Source: Octopus sinensis (taxonomy: Eukaryota). Taken from it: DNA of 64,000 nt. This document shows positions 1-11,787 of this stretch, in pieces. The stretch spans positions 131,316,001 through 131,380,000 of the forward strand of contig NC_042998.1 in assembly GCF_006345805.1 (NCBI RefSeq). Reading direction: 5' to 3'. The notes beneath the pieces are model-generated. The model was given only the letters and a program-made list of their open reading frames with translations. It was not told the origin of the DNA and did not search any database. Position 1 is the stretch's first letter; every line of letters begins with the position of its first letter. The translations under genes and the position numbers were made by a program.

Positions 1-67
1 CATAATATCGAGGTCTCTTTCATTGTTTCGTTGTCTTACCATTTCTATCAATATATATATATATATA

Positions 68-103
<36 letters not shown>

Positions 104-119
104 TACATTATTTATATTA

Positions 120-260
120 TTTACATTCGACGGATATTTGTCCTCATCTTCTTTGTTGTTAACACATCGTCTCATCTGATATACCCTCCAGCCTTCTTCC
201 GGTGTCATGGGGTAAATTTCGAACCTGGATTCTCATTCTTAAGGTATTTTTTCGCTGTTG
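120..260 (-). mobile_element. Decayed Penelope-like pseudo-LTR fragment with hammerhead relic
   Basis: Minus strand 205->162 reads ACAC-CGGAAGA-A-GGCTG..CAGAT-GAGA-CG-AT-GTGT: hammerhead layout with intact stem I but mutated core. PLE assignment is inference. Confidence 0.4.
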
Positions 261-374
261 TAGTTGTTACTGTTATTATTATTGTTATTATCATTATCAT
301 CATCATCACCATTATTATTATTATCATTATGGCTAATGTTATCATTATTGTTATTGTTGTTGTTGTTGTTCAAG

Positions 375-460
375 TCATTGCTTGGAATCTAACTCGGAAT
401 CTTGGGGTTAGTAGCCTCGCGCCCTTAACTACTACGCCATATGCCCGTGGGCATATGGCA
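375..460 (-). mobile_element. tRNA-derived SINE head
   Basis: Minus strand TGGCGTAGTAG (A-box-like) ... GAGTTAGATTCC (B-box-like) at tRNA-like spacing. Confidence 0.6.
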
Positions 461-468
461 TCTGTATC

Positions 469-488
469 ATAATAATAATAATAATAAC

Positions 489-560
<72 letters not shown>
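469..560. repeat. (AAT)n microsatellite at the L1/Tx1 3' end
   Basis: Direct reading. Confidence 0.95.
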
Positions 561-2325
561 TCGTTCGTTTATTGGCCACAAGGACTAACAAAAATCAATT
601 AAAACATAAAGGGACAAAACACAGGACGAAAGTTACAAAGGGTTTTGTCCGTTTGAAAATGTCCGTGTACAAAAGCAGGATGACAACGAAAAATAAGTAA
701 CAATTAAAACTCCCAATAGGGGGAGGCGCTTCGAAAGGTTACTCGTTGAAAAACCCATAAAAGCCACGGGAGCCTGGTCAAAAGAGGGGTAGAGAGCCCC
801 TTTCTCCTTTTATATTTCCTTTTAATTCTCACAGGTGTATCCTCAGAATTGGTCCGTTCATACTGGCCATTCTAGCGACATTCACCCACCTTTCAATAAA
901 CTTGCTACCAGACATCACTTCCCTCTCTACTCTCATCTTCCTTTTCAAGTGAAACTTGAAAAAGTTGATGAGGCCTTGGCCAAAGGGGAAGGTGTTTGAC
1001 CTTAGCCCTTTCAAACGGGTCCACCATATCACCTCTTTCGCTACAGCCACTAGGCAAAGGAAAACTGCCTTGTCCTCCCGGTTAAAGGAGGTCGGCGGGG
1101 CAGTCCTCACTATGGATTCAGCTGATAGCCGGATCCGTCCTATACGCAACAGTAGCTGTTCGACATAAACCCATAGTTCAGCAATACTCGGGCACTGGAC
1201 GAGTGCGTGCAGAACGGTTTCGTCGTCCTGGGCGCTCCTCGGACAGGCCCGTCTGACGGCACGTCCGTGCCTGTAGAGTTTATCCCGAACAGGCAGAGCC
1301 CCTCGGTAGTACTGCAGAGCGAGGGACCTTTGGAAATTATCCATTGGCCCCGGCCCAAAAGTTCTCCCGAACAGACTGTTTAGCTCGTTATCGTCAACGC
1401 CTAGAGTTTCCTCGAGAACATCGTCGCACTTTTCTTTCACTAAACCTCTATAGAACGCTAGAGTGGAACCACTACCGATCGCATTGCCCGCCTGGTGGAG
1501 AGCCGAGAGAACTTGACGGCACTCGAGGTGCCAAGCACCCTTTCTCGGTCTGCGTTTGATCCAAGACTGCAACTCTGTCAAAGAGATGAGCTGCGGAATG
1601 TCGCGACTGACAAAAGATGACCACACCTGTTCACCGTCTATGAAACACTTTAGATGCCTTAGCCTGAGCGCATGTCTGCGCATCAGTAACCACGGCATGC
1701 CAAGGCCTCCGTTCAGCGGCCGTTGACAGCGGATGGATCGCCTGACCAGTGGTACCTGACCCTTCCACAAGAAGTCGAAAAGCAAGCGCACCAGCTTGGC
1801 CAACCAGCGGTCGGGACAAGGGACGACGGTCAATCGGTAACAGATGACGGATGCGATGTACGCATTCGCCACCTCCTCTCGACCTTTCAGGGACAGCTTC
1901 CACTCGGCCAATTTCTGGGTGAGATTGGCCACCCTGTTCGTCACCTCTTCCCAGTTTTTATCCACCTGGAGGTCTGGACCGAACCAGACTCCGAGCAATT
2001 TAACGGGTTCCTCCGTCCAGCGCCCTACTACACTATTGGACGGTATGGACCTGCCTTTCCAGGTGCCCAGTTGCAAGCCCACGGACTTTTCCGCGTTAAT
2101 CTTTGCACCTGTCACCGCTTCGTACTGGTTTAGTCTATCGCCAATGAGGTCAATGTGCCTGTGATTCGACACCATTACGGTGACGTCGTCGACATAGGCA
2201 GACACGCTGTTTCCACCTCCTAGATCGCGCGGGATACCCCTCAAAGCCTCCAACTTGAGCAGTAATGGCTCGAGAGGCAATACGCACAAGAGGGAGAAGA
2301 GAAGGCATCCTTGGCGAACCGATAA
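561..2325 (-). mobile_element. 5'-truncated L1/Tx1-clade non-LTR retrotransposon (3' part of ORF2 plus 3' UTR)
   Basis: Begins at RT motif SVRQGC; AATAAA at 573-568 just before a (TTA)n tail; (AAT)n on both flanks. Confidence 0.85.
829..2289 (-). CDS. L1/Tx1-type reverse transcriptase C-terminal half with zf-RVT-like domain (486 aa, 5'-truncated)
   Basis: AYVDDVT (YxDD), VKLLGVWFG, GGLGMP and LPVRDKL..CPRS..ETVLHALVQC motifs typical of L1/Tx1 ORF2. Confidence 0.85.
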   Translation of the reverse strand: MCVLPLEPLLLKLEALRGIPRDLGGGNSVSAYVDDVTVMVSNHRHIDLIGDRLNQYEAVTGAKINAEKSVGLQLGTWKGRSIPSNSVVGRWTEEPVKLLGVWFGPDLQVDKNWEEVTNRVANLTQKLAEWKLSLKGREEVANAYIASVICYRLTVVPCPDRWLAKLVRLLFDFLWKGQVPLVRRSIRCQRPLNGGLGMPWLLMRRHALRLRHLKCFIDGEQVWSSFVSRDIPQLISLTELQSWIKRRPRKGAWHLECRQVLSALHQAGNAIGSGSTLAFYRGLVKEKCDDVLEETLGVDDNELNSLFGRTFGPGPMDNFQRSLALQYYRGALPVRDKLYRHGRAVRRACPRSAQDDETVLHALVQCPSIAELWVYVEQLLLRIGRIRLSAESIVRTAPPTSFNREDKAVFLCLVAVAKEVIWWTRLKGLRSNTFPFGQGLINFFKFHLKRKMRVEREVMSGSKFIERWVNVARMASMNGPILRIHL

Positions 2326-2335
2326 AATAATAATG

Positions 2336-2388
<53 letters not shown>

Positions 2389-2760
2389 TTATGTTGATAT
2401 TGCATACCTCTTTGATCCACGAATAGTCAAGAAGGAAAGAGAAAAAAAAGAAAAATACAACCCTCTTAAGTACGAAATAACACGGCTATGGAAAACGAAG
2501 GTGAAGGAGGTGCCAATTACTGTTGGGTCTTTGGGAACAGTATCAGAATTCATCAAGGGGAATATAAAGGAAACTGGAATAGAATGGCCAGTAGAATTGT
2601 TACAAAAGTTTTGACTCCGTGGCACGGCCAGAATAATCAGGAAGGCATTAGAGAGATGAATAGAATGGATAGCATGGCACCGTTGGCTATAGTTAGCAAG
2701 CCTGCTACACATGTAAGACAAGGAGCTCCAACAAAACCTATGATAAAGCGAAATAAGAAC
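2389..2760 (+). mobile_element. R4/Dong-like non-LTR 3' fragment (RLE domain, 3' UTR, (AAC)n tail)
   Basis: VDIAYLFDPRIVKKEREKKEKYNPLKYEITRLWK..VPITVGSLG..LLQKF*LRGTARIIRKAL. Confidence 0.8.
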
Positions 2761-2800
2761 AACAACAACAACAACAATAATAATGAGGAGGAGGACGATA

Positions 2801-2833
<33 letters not shown>

Positions 2834-2876
2834 TTTTGATAACAATAACAATAATAATAATATTAATAATATTAAT

Positions 2877-3410
2877 AAATGCCCTGATGCAGTACCAGGC
2901 AGTGGCTTTCATGGCTTCTGATTTTAACGGATTGGAAGTGTTATCATGTACATTATTTTGTCTTGGTATAAAAGATGAGCTACAGCAGATATTCTGCTCA
3001 ATACCACAAACTTGCTTATCAGTTGCTTGACCTTAACCAGTCGAGTATGTCCCTTGCTGGTTGACAATATGTGCACCTCTGATGGCGAACGGAATAATGT
3101 GGGGAGCACCATAGACATGTGTTGAGAGGAATTCTTTGGGATTTAAATAATTGTCCTCTGAAAACGTGTTTCGTTCAACATCCTTAAACAACCCTTATTC
3201 AAGCTACTCAACCTGGAGAAAATTTTAACTGGACTCCACGTGCAAGGTCATGCGTTGTTTATCGTAATATGAAATAACCATGTCGCGCGCATATGGTTGT
3301 GATGCATGTGCCTTGTGTACACTTATAAGATGGATAGTCATGATGGGTATACTGAGCTTAGTATGATATTACCACAGCGTCACTTTGGTGGCATGCGCTG
3401 CTATCTTACG
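2877..3410 (+). repeat. Non-coding interspersed repeat adjacent to a TAA tract
   Basis: Segment ~3100-3180 recurs inverted at ~49115-49200. Confidence 0.55.
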
Positions 3411-3599
3411 CAATATTTTCTTGTTTTTATTGAATTTTTTTCTAGTAATCTGATTTTTGTTATGAAAGATATTTTCAGAAATACTATCAAATGATAGGTA
3501 TTTATCTACATTCGGCGCCTGGAGAATGCTTGAAAGGTACTTGAAACATTTGACGCAAGGGCAGAGCCTTTATGCACACACTAATAATATATATTGGTA

Positions 3600-3651
<52 letters not shown>

Positions 3652-3927
3652 TTTCTATGTATGTACCTGTGCGTGAGTATGTGTGTGTGTATGTACATGA
3701 TGCACACGCACATCCTTAATGCCAAAATCTGTATGCGTGTTTGAGTGTGCGCGCCCAGACTATACACACATGTCTGCATATATTCATATATGTAGACACA
3801 CTTCATTATTGGGTATGGCCTGCCCTCTTTCAGATATTCTCAATTTCGTTTTCTTTCTTCTCGTCGTTTCTTCAAAAGAAAATGTCTCTGTGCATGAATG
3901 TGTATATAGACGTTTGCACACACACGC

Positions 3928-3958
<31 letters not shown>

Positions 3959-4206
3959 CGCCAATGCATACACCCATACGTACGTATATTATACAAATGC
4001 ATACTACATATGTATATGCGAGTGTGCGCACGGATGTATATCCATGAATGGATGAGAAAATTAAAAGTGACATGGTGACATTTCATTTAGAATTATCACT
4101 TTTGAAAGTTGCTTATTTATTTTCCATTAAATACATTTGCGTGTCTGCGTGTGTATATGTATACGTAAGTATTACTTGTGCCTGTGCATATATGCATGTT
4201 TCTGTG

Positions 4207-4253
<47 letters not shown>

Positions 4254-4289
4254 TGTATGTATGTATGTAATAGTATTTAAATGTTTGTG

Positions 4290-4321
<32 letters not shown>

Positions 4322-4611
4322 CGTGTGTGTATGCATGTATGCACGTATGTATAGACGCGCTCATACACACACACATGCACACACACGGATGAATATTTCT
4401 ATATCTAAGTTTGTGTTCATTTGGAATATAAACAAATATGCTTTATATTTATTTAGCCTAAATAGAGGGAAACATTGTAAGTTATAGAGAAAAAGTTAAT
4501 ACACACACGCACGCATATATACGAATAATATATAAAACATATATGTGGGGGGCGTAAGAAACCCTTCTCTCTTACACAAACGCGTGTGCACACACGCACA
4601 CACACACACTC

Positions 4612-4826
4612 ACATTATTGGCAGAATTGTTAGCATGCTGGACGAAATACTTAGCTATAGTTCGGTCGCTGCTACGTTCTGAGTTCAAATTCCGCCGAGG
4701 TTGACTTTGCCTTTCATCCTTTCGGGATTGATAAATTAAACACCAGTGGAACACTGGTGTTGATGTTGTCGGCTAGTCCCCTCCCACCAAATTTCAGGCC
4801 TTGTGCGTTTATCAGAAAATATTATT
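4612..4826 (+). mobile_element. SINE family 2 (GGCAGAATCGTTAGC..GAGTTCAAATTCCGCCGAGGTCGACTTTGCC type)
   Basis: tRNA-like A/B boxes; about 10 related copies in the window. Confidence 0.8.
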
Positions 4827-4958
4827 ACAATTAATATTATTATTAGTTTACAGAACCAGCAGAATGACTCGAGGGCCGAGAGTTTCGTTCATTAGCACTC
4901 CGATAAATATTTTTGTTTAGAAAATCGTTTATTCCACTTCTCACAGAGTTTTTTTTAT

Positions 4959-5100
4959 AGGTACAGCAGTGGCTGTGCAGTAAGTAACATGCTTACCAAC
5001 CACATGGTTCTGGGTTCAGTCCCACTGCGTGGTACTATGGCTGAGTGTCTTTTTCTATAGCCTCGGGCTGACAAAAGCCTTGTGAGTGGATTTGGTAGAC
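4959..5100 (+). mobile_element. SINE family 1 5' half, fused to an RLE LINE fragment
   Basis: Matches heads at 10870-11046 and 25135-25299; GGTTCAGTCCC B-box. Confidence 0.8.
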
Positions 5101-5590
5101 AAATGGTACAAGCACCACCTTGAGGCTGTAACTGGGGGAGAAAATGTAACTACTCTTTGGGACTTTCCAGTATGTACAGACTGGACCACCAAAGCAAACA
5201 AACCAGATATTGTTGTGAAAGACCAAAACAATAAGGTATGTTTATTAATTGAAATGAGAATATTCTCTGACCATAATATCTCGACAAAAGAATTTGATAA
5301 ACTCAAAATATAAAGATTTGCTCATCGAAATCAAAAAGATGTGCACCTCTATATGGTTACAGTACCAATGATTGTAGGAGCACTTGGAATGATCAAAAAA
5401 GGAACAAAAGATTACGTAATAATGATACCTGGCTTAGAATCCAAACAGAACGTACAAAAGATTGCCTTATCTGGTATGTCACACGTATTGTGAAGAGCAT
5501 TGTCACTGTGAATTCTTTACTTATTTATTTTGTATATCTTATTTTCTCGCTCTGTTTTCCTTCCTTTCTTCCACTGTATACAGATGATGA
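5101..5590 (+). mobile_element. R4/Dong-like 3' end (RLE domain), frameshifted
   Basis: KWYKHH..LWDFPVCTD..NKPDIVV..LIEMRIFSDHNISTKEFDKL, then PMIVGALG..QKIAL in another frame; followed by (AAT)n. Confidence 0.8.
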
Positions 5591-5595
5591 TGATC

Positions 5596-5655
<60 letters not shown>

Positions 5656-5659
5656 GTAA

Positions 5660-6918
5660 TATACACATTTACTGAACAACATAGAGAGACTTCGAGAGAA
5701 ATGAAGCAGAAAATTCTGAGCTAGCTTGGAGTTATAAGACACGCCATTATGTATGATAGAGAACCACTTCATAAACTTTCAAATACAGTTCAAAATAGAA
5801 AACATATTAAAATTGGTAAGTATTTAAGAAAAGAAATTATACAAGAACTAAAATCAGATCCCACTGAATTAAACGAAATTATTTACGCAGCTACTAAGAC
5901 AATTGAAACCAGTTGTACACCACTGAAAAACGCGAAGACGTACAAACCTGAGGATTCCAAACTGGAGGTGTAAAATTGAAAAAGAGATTGAATAATGAGA
6001 AGTGAAATATTAATATTGAATGAGAAGTGAAATATTAATATTGATTGAACTAATCTGAGGAAACGGTGTAAAATCCAGAAAAGGAAGACAGATGAAGAGA
6101 AAACATTTTCTCACCAAGAGAAGAACCGCTTTCAGCAAAGGAAACATTGCGACAAAAAGTCCATGCAAAAACTCAAAGAATACGAATATTTGAGAAAAGA
6201 CATTTTACTACCAAAATAAGCTGTTCACATCCAATGCGAAAACATTCTGCAGAGAATTAGGGAAGGAGAAAATAACCGCTGAATACCCCACCACTACCAT
6301 GGAAAACTTTTAGAAATATATTTGTAGTGATGAAATCACTCACAATGAAAATGCAGACTGGATTAGACGCACAGAAGGATCCTGCCAGAACTTACCTCGA
6401 CAAGCATGGGAAGACGTCACAATAGTAGACCTAAGGATGACTATCACGAAGGTTCATAAGTGGATATCTCCTGGTAAATTATAGGGTGTCAAATTTCTGA
6501 CTCACATCGCTCCGCTAGGCACACGAAAAGCTAGTCCACTTATTTAATGAAATTATGAGAGATACTAAGAAAACACCTGATTGGTTAGCAAGCGGTGTTA
6601 TATTCCTAGTGCCCAAGAAAAATGAAACCAAATTTTCCCCAAAATATTGACCCATAGCATGTCTATCTACCACATATAAAATTTTAATATCCGCCCTCGT
6701 GACGAAAACATGCAAATTTATGGAACAAAACGATATTTTCCCCACTCAACAAAAAAGGGTACCGACGAGGCTCACATGGATGCAAAGACCAACTCTTAAT
6801 CAATCACATGATCCTTAAGAACTGTCGTAACAAACGCAGAAATCTCAGTTCCGCATGGATTGATAATAAAAAGGCCTTTGACAGCATACCGTCTTCATGG
6901 ATCTTGAAACGCTGGATG
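5660..6918 (+). pseudogene. Decayed R4/Dong-like ORF, pre-RT region to RT motif 3
   Basis: PDWLASGVIFLVPKK..PIACLSTTYK, GCKDQLLINHMIL..AWIDNKKAFDSIP across stops and frameshifts; 25-bp tandem duplication at 5994-6043. Confidence 0.75.
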
Positions 6919-6954
6919 TTGTTGTTCTTGATGATGATGATGATATGGTTACTC

Positions 6955-7190
6955 AAATCGGTGATCTGACAGAGTGGTTAGCGTGTCGGGGAAAAATTCT
7001 TTGTGACATCTCATCCGGCTCTTTATGTTATGAGTTCAAATTCCGCGTTGATCGACAGTGCGTCTTATTTCCCTGCTTTCTATAACATAAGCACCGATCG
7101 AACCAGTGAGGTCGATGTAATCGACTAAAACACCACCACTTAAAATTACTGGGCTTGTACAGAATTTTGAAATCCTCATTTGAACCATCG
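6955..7190 (+). mobile_element. SINE family 2, degenerate
   Basis: GAGTTCAAATTCCGC and GTCGATGTAATCGACT motifs. Confidence 0.6.
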
Positions 7191-7244
7191 GTGCTCGCAA
7201 GCGTTGCTAGATTAATACAACTGATATTTATGACAGTGATATAG

Positions 7245-7343
7245 ACGATGACGATGACGATGACGATGATGATGATGATGATAATGATGATGATGATGAT
7301 GACGATGATGATGTTGAATATGAGGATGATGATGATGATGATG

Positions 7344-7379
<36 letters not shown>

Positions 7380-7891
7380 GTGAAGTACCATCACCATTTC
7401 AACATTAGTTACAATAAGAGAAACTTCATCACCGAAGCCAGCAAAAATAGCATGATAACATAAGAGAAACGCCACCGACAATAATAACATCAACACCTTT
7501 TATAGAAAGACCAACTACAAAAACAGAAACGACAACAACAGGAGCGCCAGCATCATCACCTTGATCGTAATTATCATCATAATCTTTCAGGTAATGCTGA
7601 TAATGAAGATGAGGATGAAGATAATGATGCTTGCAATGGCCAGGTGTACTTTAGTTCGTAGATACGACGACGACAACGACGACGACGACGATGATGATGA
7701 TGATGATGGGGAGGTGGAGAAGGAGGAGGGGTAGGAAGGTGAGGAAGAGGAAGTGTAGGTGGGTGAGGATTAAGAGGTGGATGGGGAGGAAGAAGAGGAA
7801 GAGGATGAGAAAGAAGGCGAGGAGGAGGTGAGAAAACGGAGGAGGAGTTGGACAAATGCTGTGGTAGACGTTGTGTTCATAGCAATTATGA

Positions 7892-7927
<36 letters not shown>

Positions 7928-7928
7928 C

Positions 7929-7969
<41 letters not shown>

Positions 7970-7982
7970 CGACGACGACGAC

Positions 7983-8013
<31 letters not shown>

Positions 8014-8160
8014 GTGATGATGATGGTGATGATAACGAAGGTGAGCAGACGACATGGCGGTCGACGATGCCGATGACAACAACGAAGATGGAGACAACGT
8101 CAAGGACAGCGACGAGGATAACGGCGCTGACGACGCTGACGACGCTGACGACCGCTGACG
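7245..8160. repeat. Compound (GAT)/(GAC)/(GAG) trinucleotide repeat region
   Basis: Direct reading; source of the poly-D/M/H/S pseudo-ORFs. Confidence 0.9.
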
Positions 8161-8558
8161 TCAGTAAAGAGAACTTCGACGTAAAAGTGGCTATTGTGTT
8201 CCAGAAGAAGGTAACGTTATGAAACATCTGTAAGAACACTGAGAACATTAGATGAACTGCGAGCAATATTCCAGTCTCGTTTTAGCTGATATCTCATCTA
8301 AATACCGCTAGGTTGTGATGTGTGTGTATTCAGTACATCACTTCCTGTTCTTTTGTTGTTGTTTTTTTTTTCTCGACTTAACCAACCCGCTTGGAAATAA
8401 AATATCTTTCCAAATTACTTCTAGAATGACTTGTTAAATATCTAATTAACTTGCATAGTATGTCGCATATCTTTTTTTTAAATTTGTTTATTTGATAATT
8501 TTGCTTCTTTTTTTCTTTTCGTTAGCATTATACATAAAGGCATACAGACACATATATA

Positions 8559-8562
<4 letters not shown>

Positions 8563-8604
<42 letters not shown>

Positions 8605-9135
8605 CCCATTCACACACATACACATGATGTAGCACATTTCTTAGTTACGTTATTTCATGCCTAAGATTTATCCAAGTTTGGTTGGTTCCTTTAATTTCAG
8701 CTTATGAACAGACAGTTTGTATGAAAAGGAAGAAATAAAATGGGGAGAAGAGAAGGAAGAGAGAGAGAAAAGGGGAAGAGGGAATGAAAGAGAGGGAGAG
8801 AGCGAGTGAGAGAGTGAGAGTGTGAGAAAGAGTGAGTTAGAGAAAGTGTGAGTGTGAGAGAGAGAAGGAAATGAGAGAGAGAAAGAGAGACAGAATGAAT
8901 GAAAGAGAGAGAGTGTGAGAGTGATTGAAAGAGAAAGAGAGCGAGAATGTTAATGAAAGAGAGAGAAAGAGAGGGTGAGTAAGAGTGAGCATGAGAGAGA
9001 GAATGTGAATGAAAGAGAGAGAAAGAGAGTGTGAGTGAGAGTGAGTGTGAGAGAGAGAATGAAAGTGAGAGAGAGTGTGGGAGAAAGAGAGAGACAGATA
9101 TACGGAGAGGGAGAGAAGGTGAGGTAGAAAAAGTG
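8563..9135. repeat. (GA)n and degenerate purine-rich tract
   Basis: Direct reading. Confidence 0.9.
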
Positions 9136-9744
9136 AGAATGAACAGTAGTCCAACAAATTACTTAACTAATTCAATACAGCAAATTAAACGTTTAGATTT
9201 TGGTAAGGGGTCTGGAATGTGTATTGACATGGTAATTGTCAAGTGCAATTTCTTCTTAATTAAAGTACGCAATGCTTTTATTTTGTAGTTTTCGCATTTC
9301 ATTTTGTTTTCTTCTTTTCTTTTATTTTTTTTTTTCTGTTTTTATATTTACTGCGCTAATCCGGAGGCCAATAACCTACACCTAAAGACTTAACGGTATA
9401 AAATGAACAAACTCTAATATTTTTGTACATAGTTGTACGTTAAGTAATACGTATATGTAACTCACTTCTAAACATCGTACTCTCGAAATGCAATAAGTTT
9501 TTGCAGCTTATTGTATGTGAAGTGTGAGACTAGTGACTGTGACCTCCTTAGATTCCTCATGGTTGCCATATTTCTTTCACCAGATGTCTGAACCAAATAT
9601 TTCATGGCATTCAGCGGACTTCGTTAAACGTGTAGCAAGGTGAAGTTCAGCTGTTGTTTTTATTTTATGGGATTTTTCTGTTGAAGTACTATGTGACAGT
9701 CTTCTTTTCTTATTGCTTTATCACGAGTTATTATTTCTCAGAGC

Positions 9745-10205
9745 GAAGGTAGCGAGCTGGCAGAATCGTTTGCATTCCGGGCAAAAGTGCTTTCCGGCAT
9801 TTCGTCCAGCTTCACATTCTAGGTTCAAATTCCGGCGAGGTTAACTTTGCCTTTTATCCTTTCGGAGTCGATAAAATAAATACCAGCTGAACTCGTGGGT
9901 CAAGGTAATCGACTTGCACCCTACCCCAAAATTTACTGGTCTTGTGCCAAACTGTGAAACCATCACTACTCAGAGCTTGCTAAGGCGGTGAGGTGGTGGA
10001 AAAGTTAGTACACCGGACAAATTGCTTTGCGGCATGTTGTCTTTCTTTACTTTCTGGGTTCAAATACCACCGAGGTCGACTTTACCTTTTATCCATTCAG
10101 TATCAATAATATAAGTACCAGTTGAGTTCTGGGGCCGATGCAATCGACTAACACTCCAATCACAAACTTCAAGGCCTTGTGCCAACAGTAGATAAGATTA
10201 TTATT
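9745..10205 (+). mobile_element. Two tandem SINE family 2 copies (~9745-9965, ~9985-10205)
   Basis: Each has a tRNA-like head, GGTTCAAAT, CCGAGGTCGACTTT and CCTTGTGCC 3' part. Confidence 0.75.
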
Positions 10206-10375
10206 CAGATATTGTTGATATTTTAGCCTTACGTCAACCAGAGTCGAGCAGACTTATGATCACTGGCCATTTACCTAAGGCTGTATGTCTTTTTGTACAT
10301 CCGTGATTATATTACGCTGTTGCTTGACCGGCTGGAAATAATTACACTCTGCAGTATATGCATTGTTATGACGTT

Positions 10376-10447
<72 letters not shown>

Positions 10448-10620
10448 AAGTGTCTACGGCTGTAAACTCAATAGAGTACTTGAACGAACACATGGAAAAT
10501 ATTAATAAATCCAAACAACTCAAACAAAAGAAATAGTTACGATGTAAAAAGAAAGATTTCGTGACACTGCTAAAAATCTAATTAATAAATCTACATTTTA
10601 AAAAATTGTGGATTTCCTAT

Positions 10621-11046
10621 TTACTCTTTTACTCTTTTACTTGTTTTAGTCATTTGACTGCGGCCATGCTGGAGCACCACCTTTAGTCGAGCAAATCGAC
10701 CCAGGGACTTATTCTTTGTAAGCCCAGTACTTATTCTATCGGTCTCTTTTGCCGAAACGCTAGGTGACGGGGACGTAAACGCTAGGATGTAAACACACCA
10801 GCATCGGTTGTCAAGCAATACTAGGGGGACAAACACAGACACACAAACACACACACACATATATATATATATACATATATACGACAGGCTTCTTTCAGTT
10901 TCCGTCTACCAAATCCACTCACAAGGCTTTGGTCGGCCCGGGGCTATAGCAGAAGATCACTCGCTCAAGATGCCACGCAGTGGGACTGAACCCGGAACCA
11001 TGTGGTTGGTTAGCAAGCTACTTACCACACAGCCACTCCTGCGCCT
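10621..11046 (-). mobile_element. Full-length SINE family 1 (tRNA head, internal TA/TG microsatellite, (GTAAAAGA)n tail)
   Basis: Same head-plus-tail composition at 24855-25299; tandem tail repeats at the left end. Confidence 0.85.
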
Positions 11047-11687
11047 ATAAAAAACCAATAAAATTATTCCGAGCTACATAGAAAATATGATGGTACTCGA
11101 GTTTAAAGCTAAGCTGTAAGATATATAGCTTGAAGAAGACAGAGCTTCGCCCAAATGTTGCTATGTCTTTGCAAACACAAAGTAAAAAGAAAGGTTTCGT
11201 GACACTCCTAAAAATCTAATGGGTCTGGAGATTCACCTATCTAATTAATGAATCTACATTTTATAAGATGGAGGAATTCCTCGTTGCTTTAAGAAGCCAT
11301 TAAAATTATTTTGAGCTACATAGAAAGTGTGATGGTACTCGAGTTTGAAGCTAAGGAGTAAGATATACAGACCACAATAAAAAAATTAGACCCAGCTGAC
11401 TGTGATACCGTGACCAGTTGCGATTATCTACTCTCGAGTAAGATTTCATCTACTGGTTTATTACCTTCCAGACATCGTGTTACCTACTGCAGAAATACCA
11501 CTTCTGTTAAATTTCTAACGCTCTTATACCAAATTGAACTCATTGAGCATATCATATATTAAAATGATTACTTCTGAGTCGGTACAGAAAGCAACAAACT
11601 GAGTCATTAATATTCTCCTCATACGCGCAGGCGTAGCTGTGTGGTAGGCAGATTGCTTCCCAAACACTTGAGCCGACCAAAGACTTG

Positions 11688-11787
11688 NNNNNNNNNNNNN
11701 NNNNNNNNNNNNNNNNNNNNNNNNNNNNNNNNNNNNNNNNNNNNNNNNNNNNNNNNNNNNNNNNNNNNNNNNNNNNNNNNNNNNNNN
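11688..11787. other. Assembly gap (100 N)
   Basis: Run of N; a truncated SINE1 head lies just upstream. Confidence 1.

Noticed and set aside
956-2164. Plus-strand ORFs overlapping the L1/Tx1 ORF
   Set aside because: Antisense shadows of a GC-richer coding region
2877-2950. Possible HDV-like ribozyme at the start of the TAA-adjacent repeat
   Set aside because: Could not build a consistent nested double pseudoknot by eye
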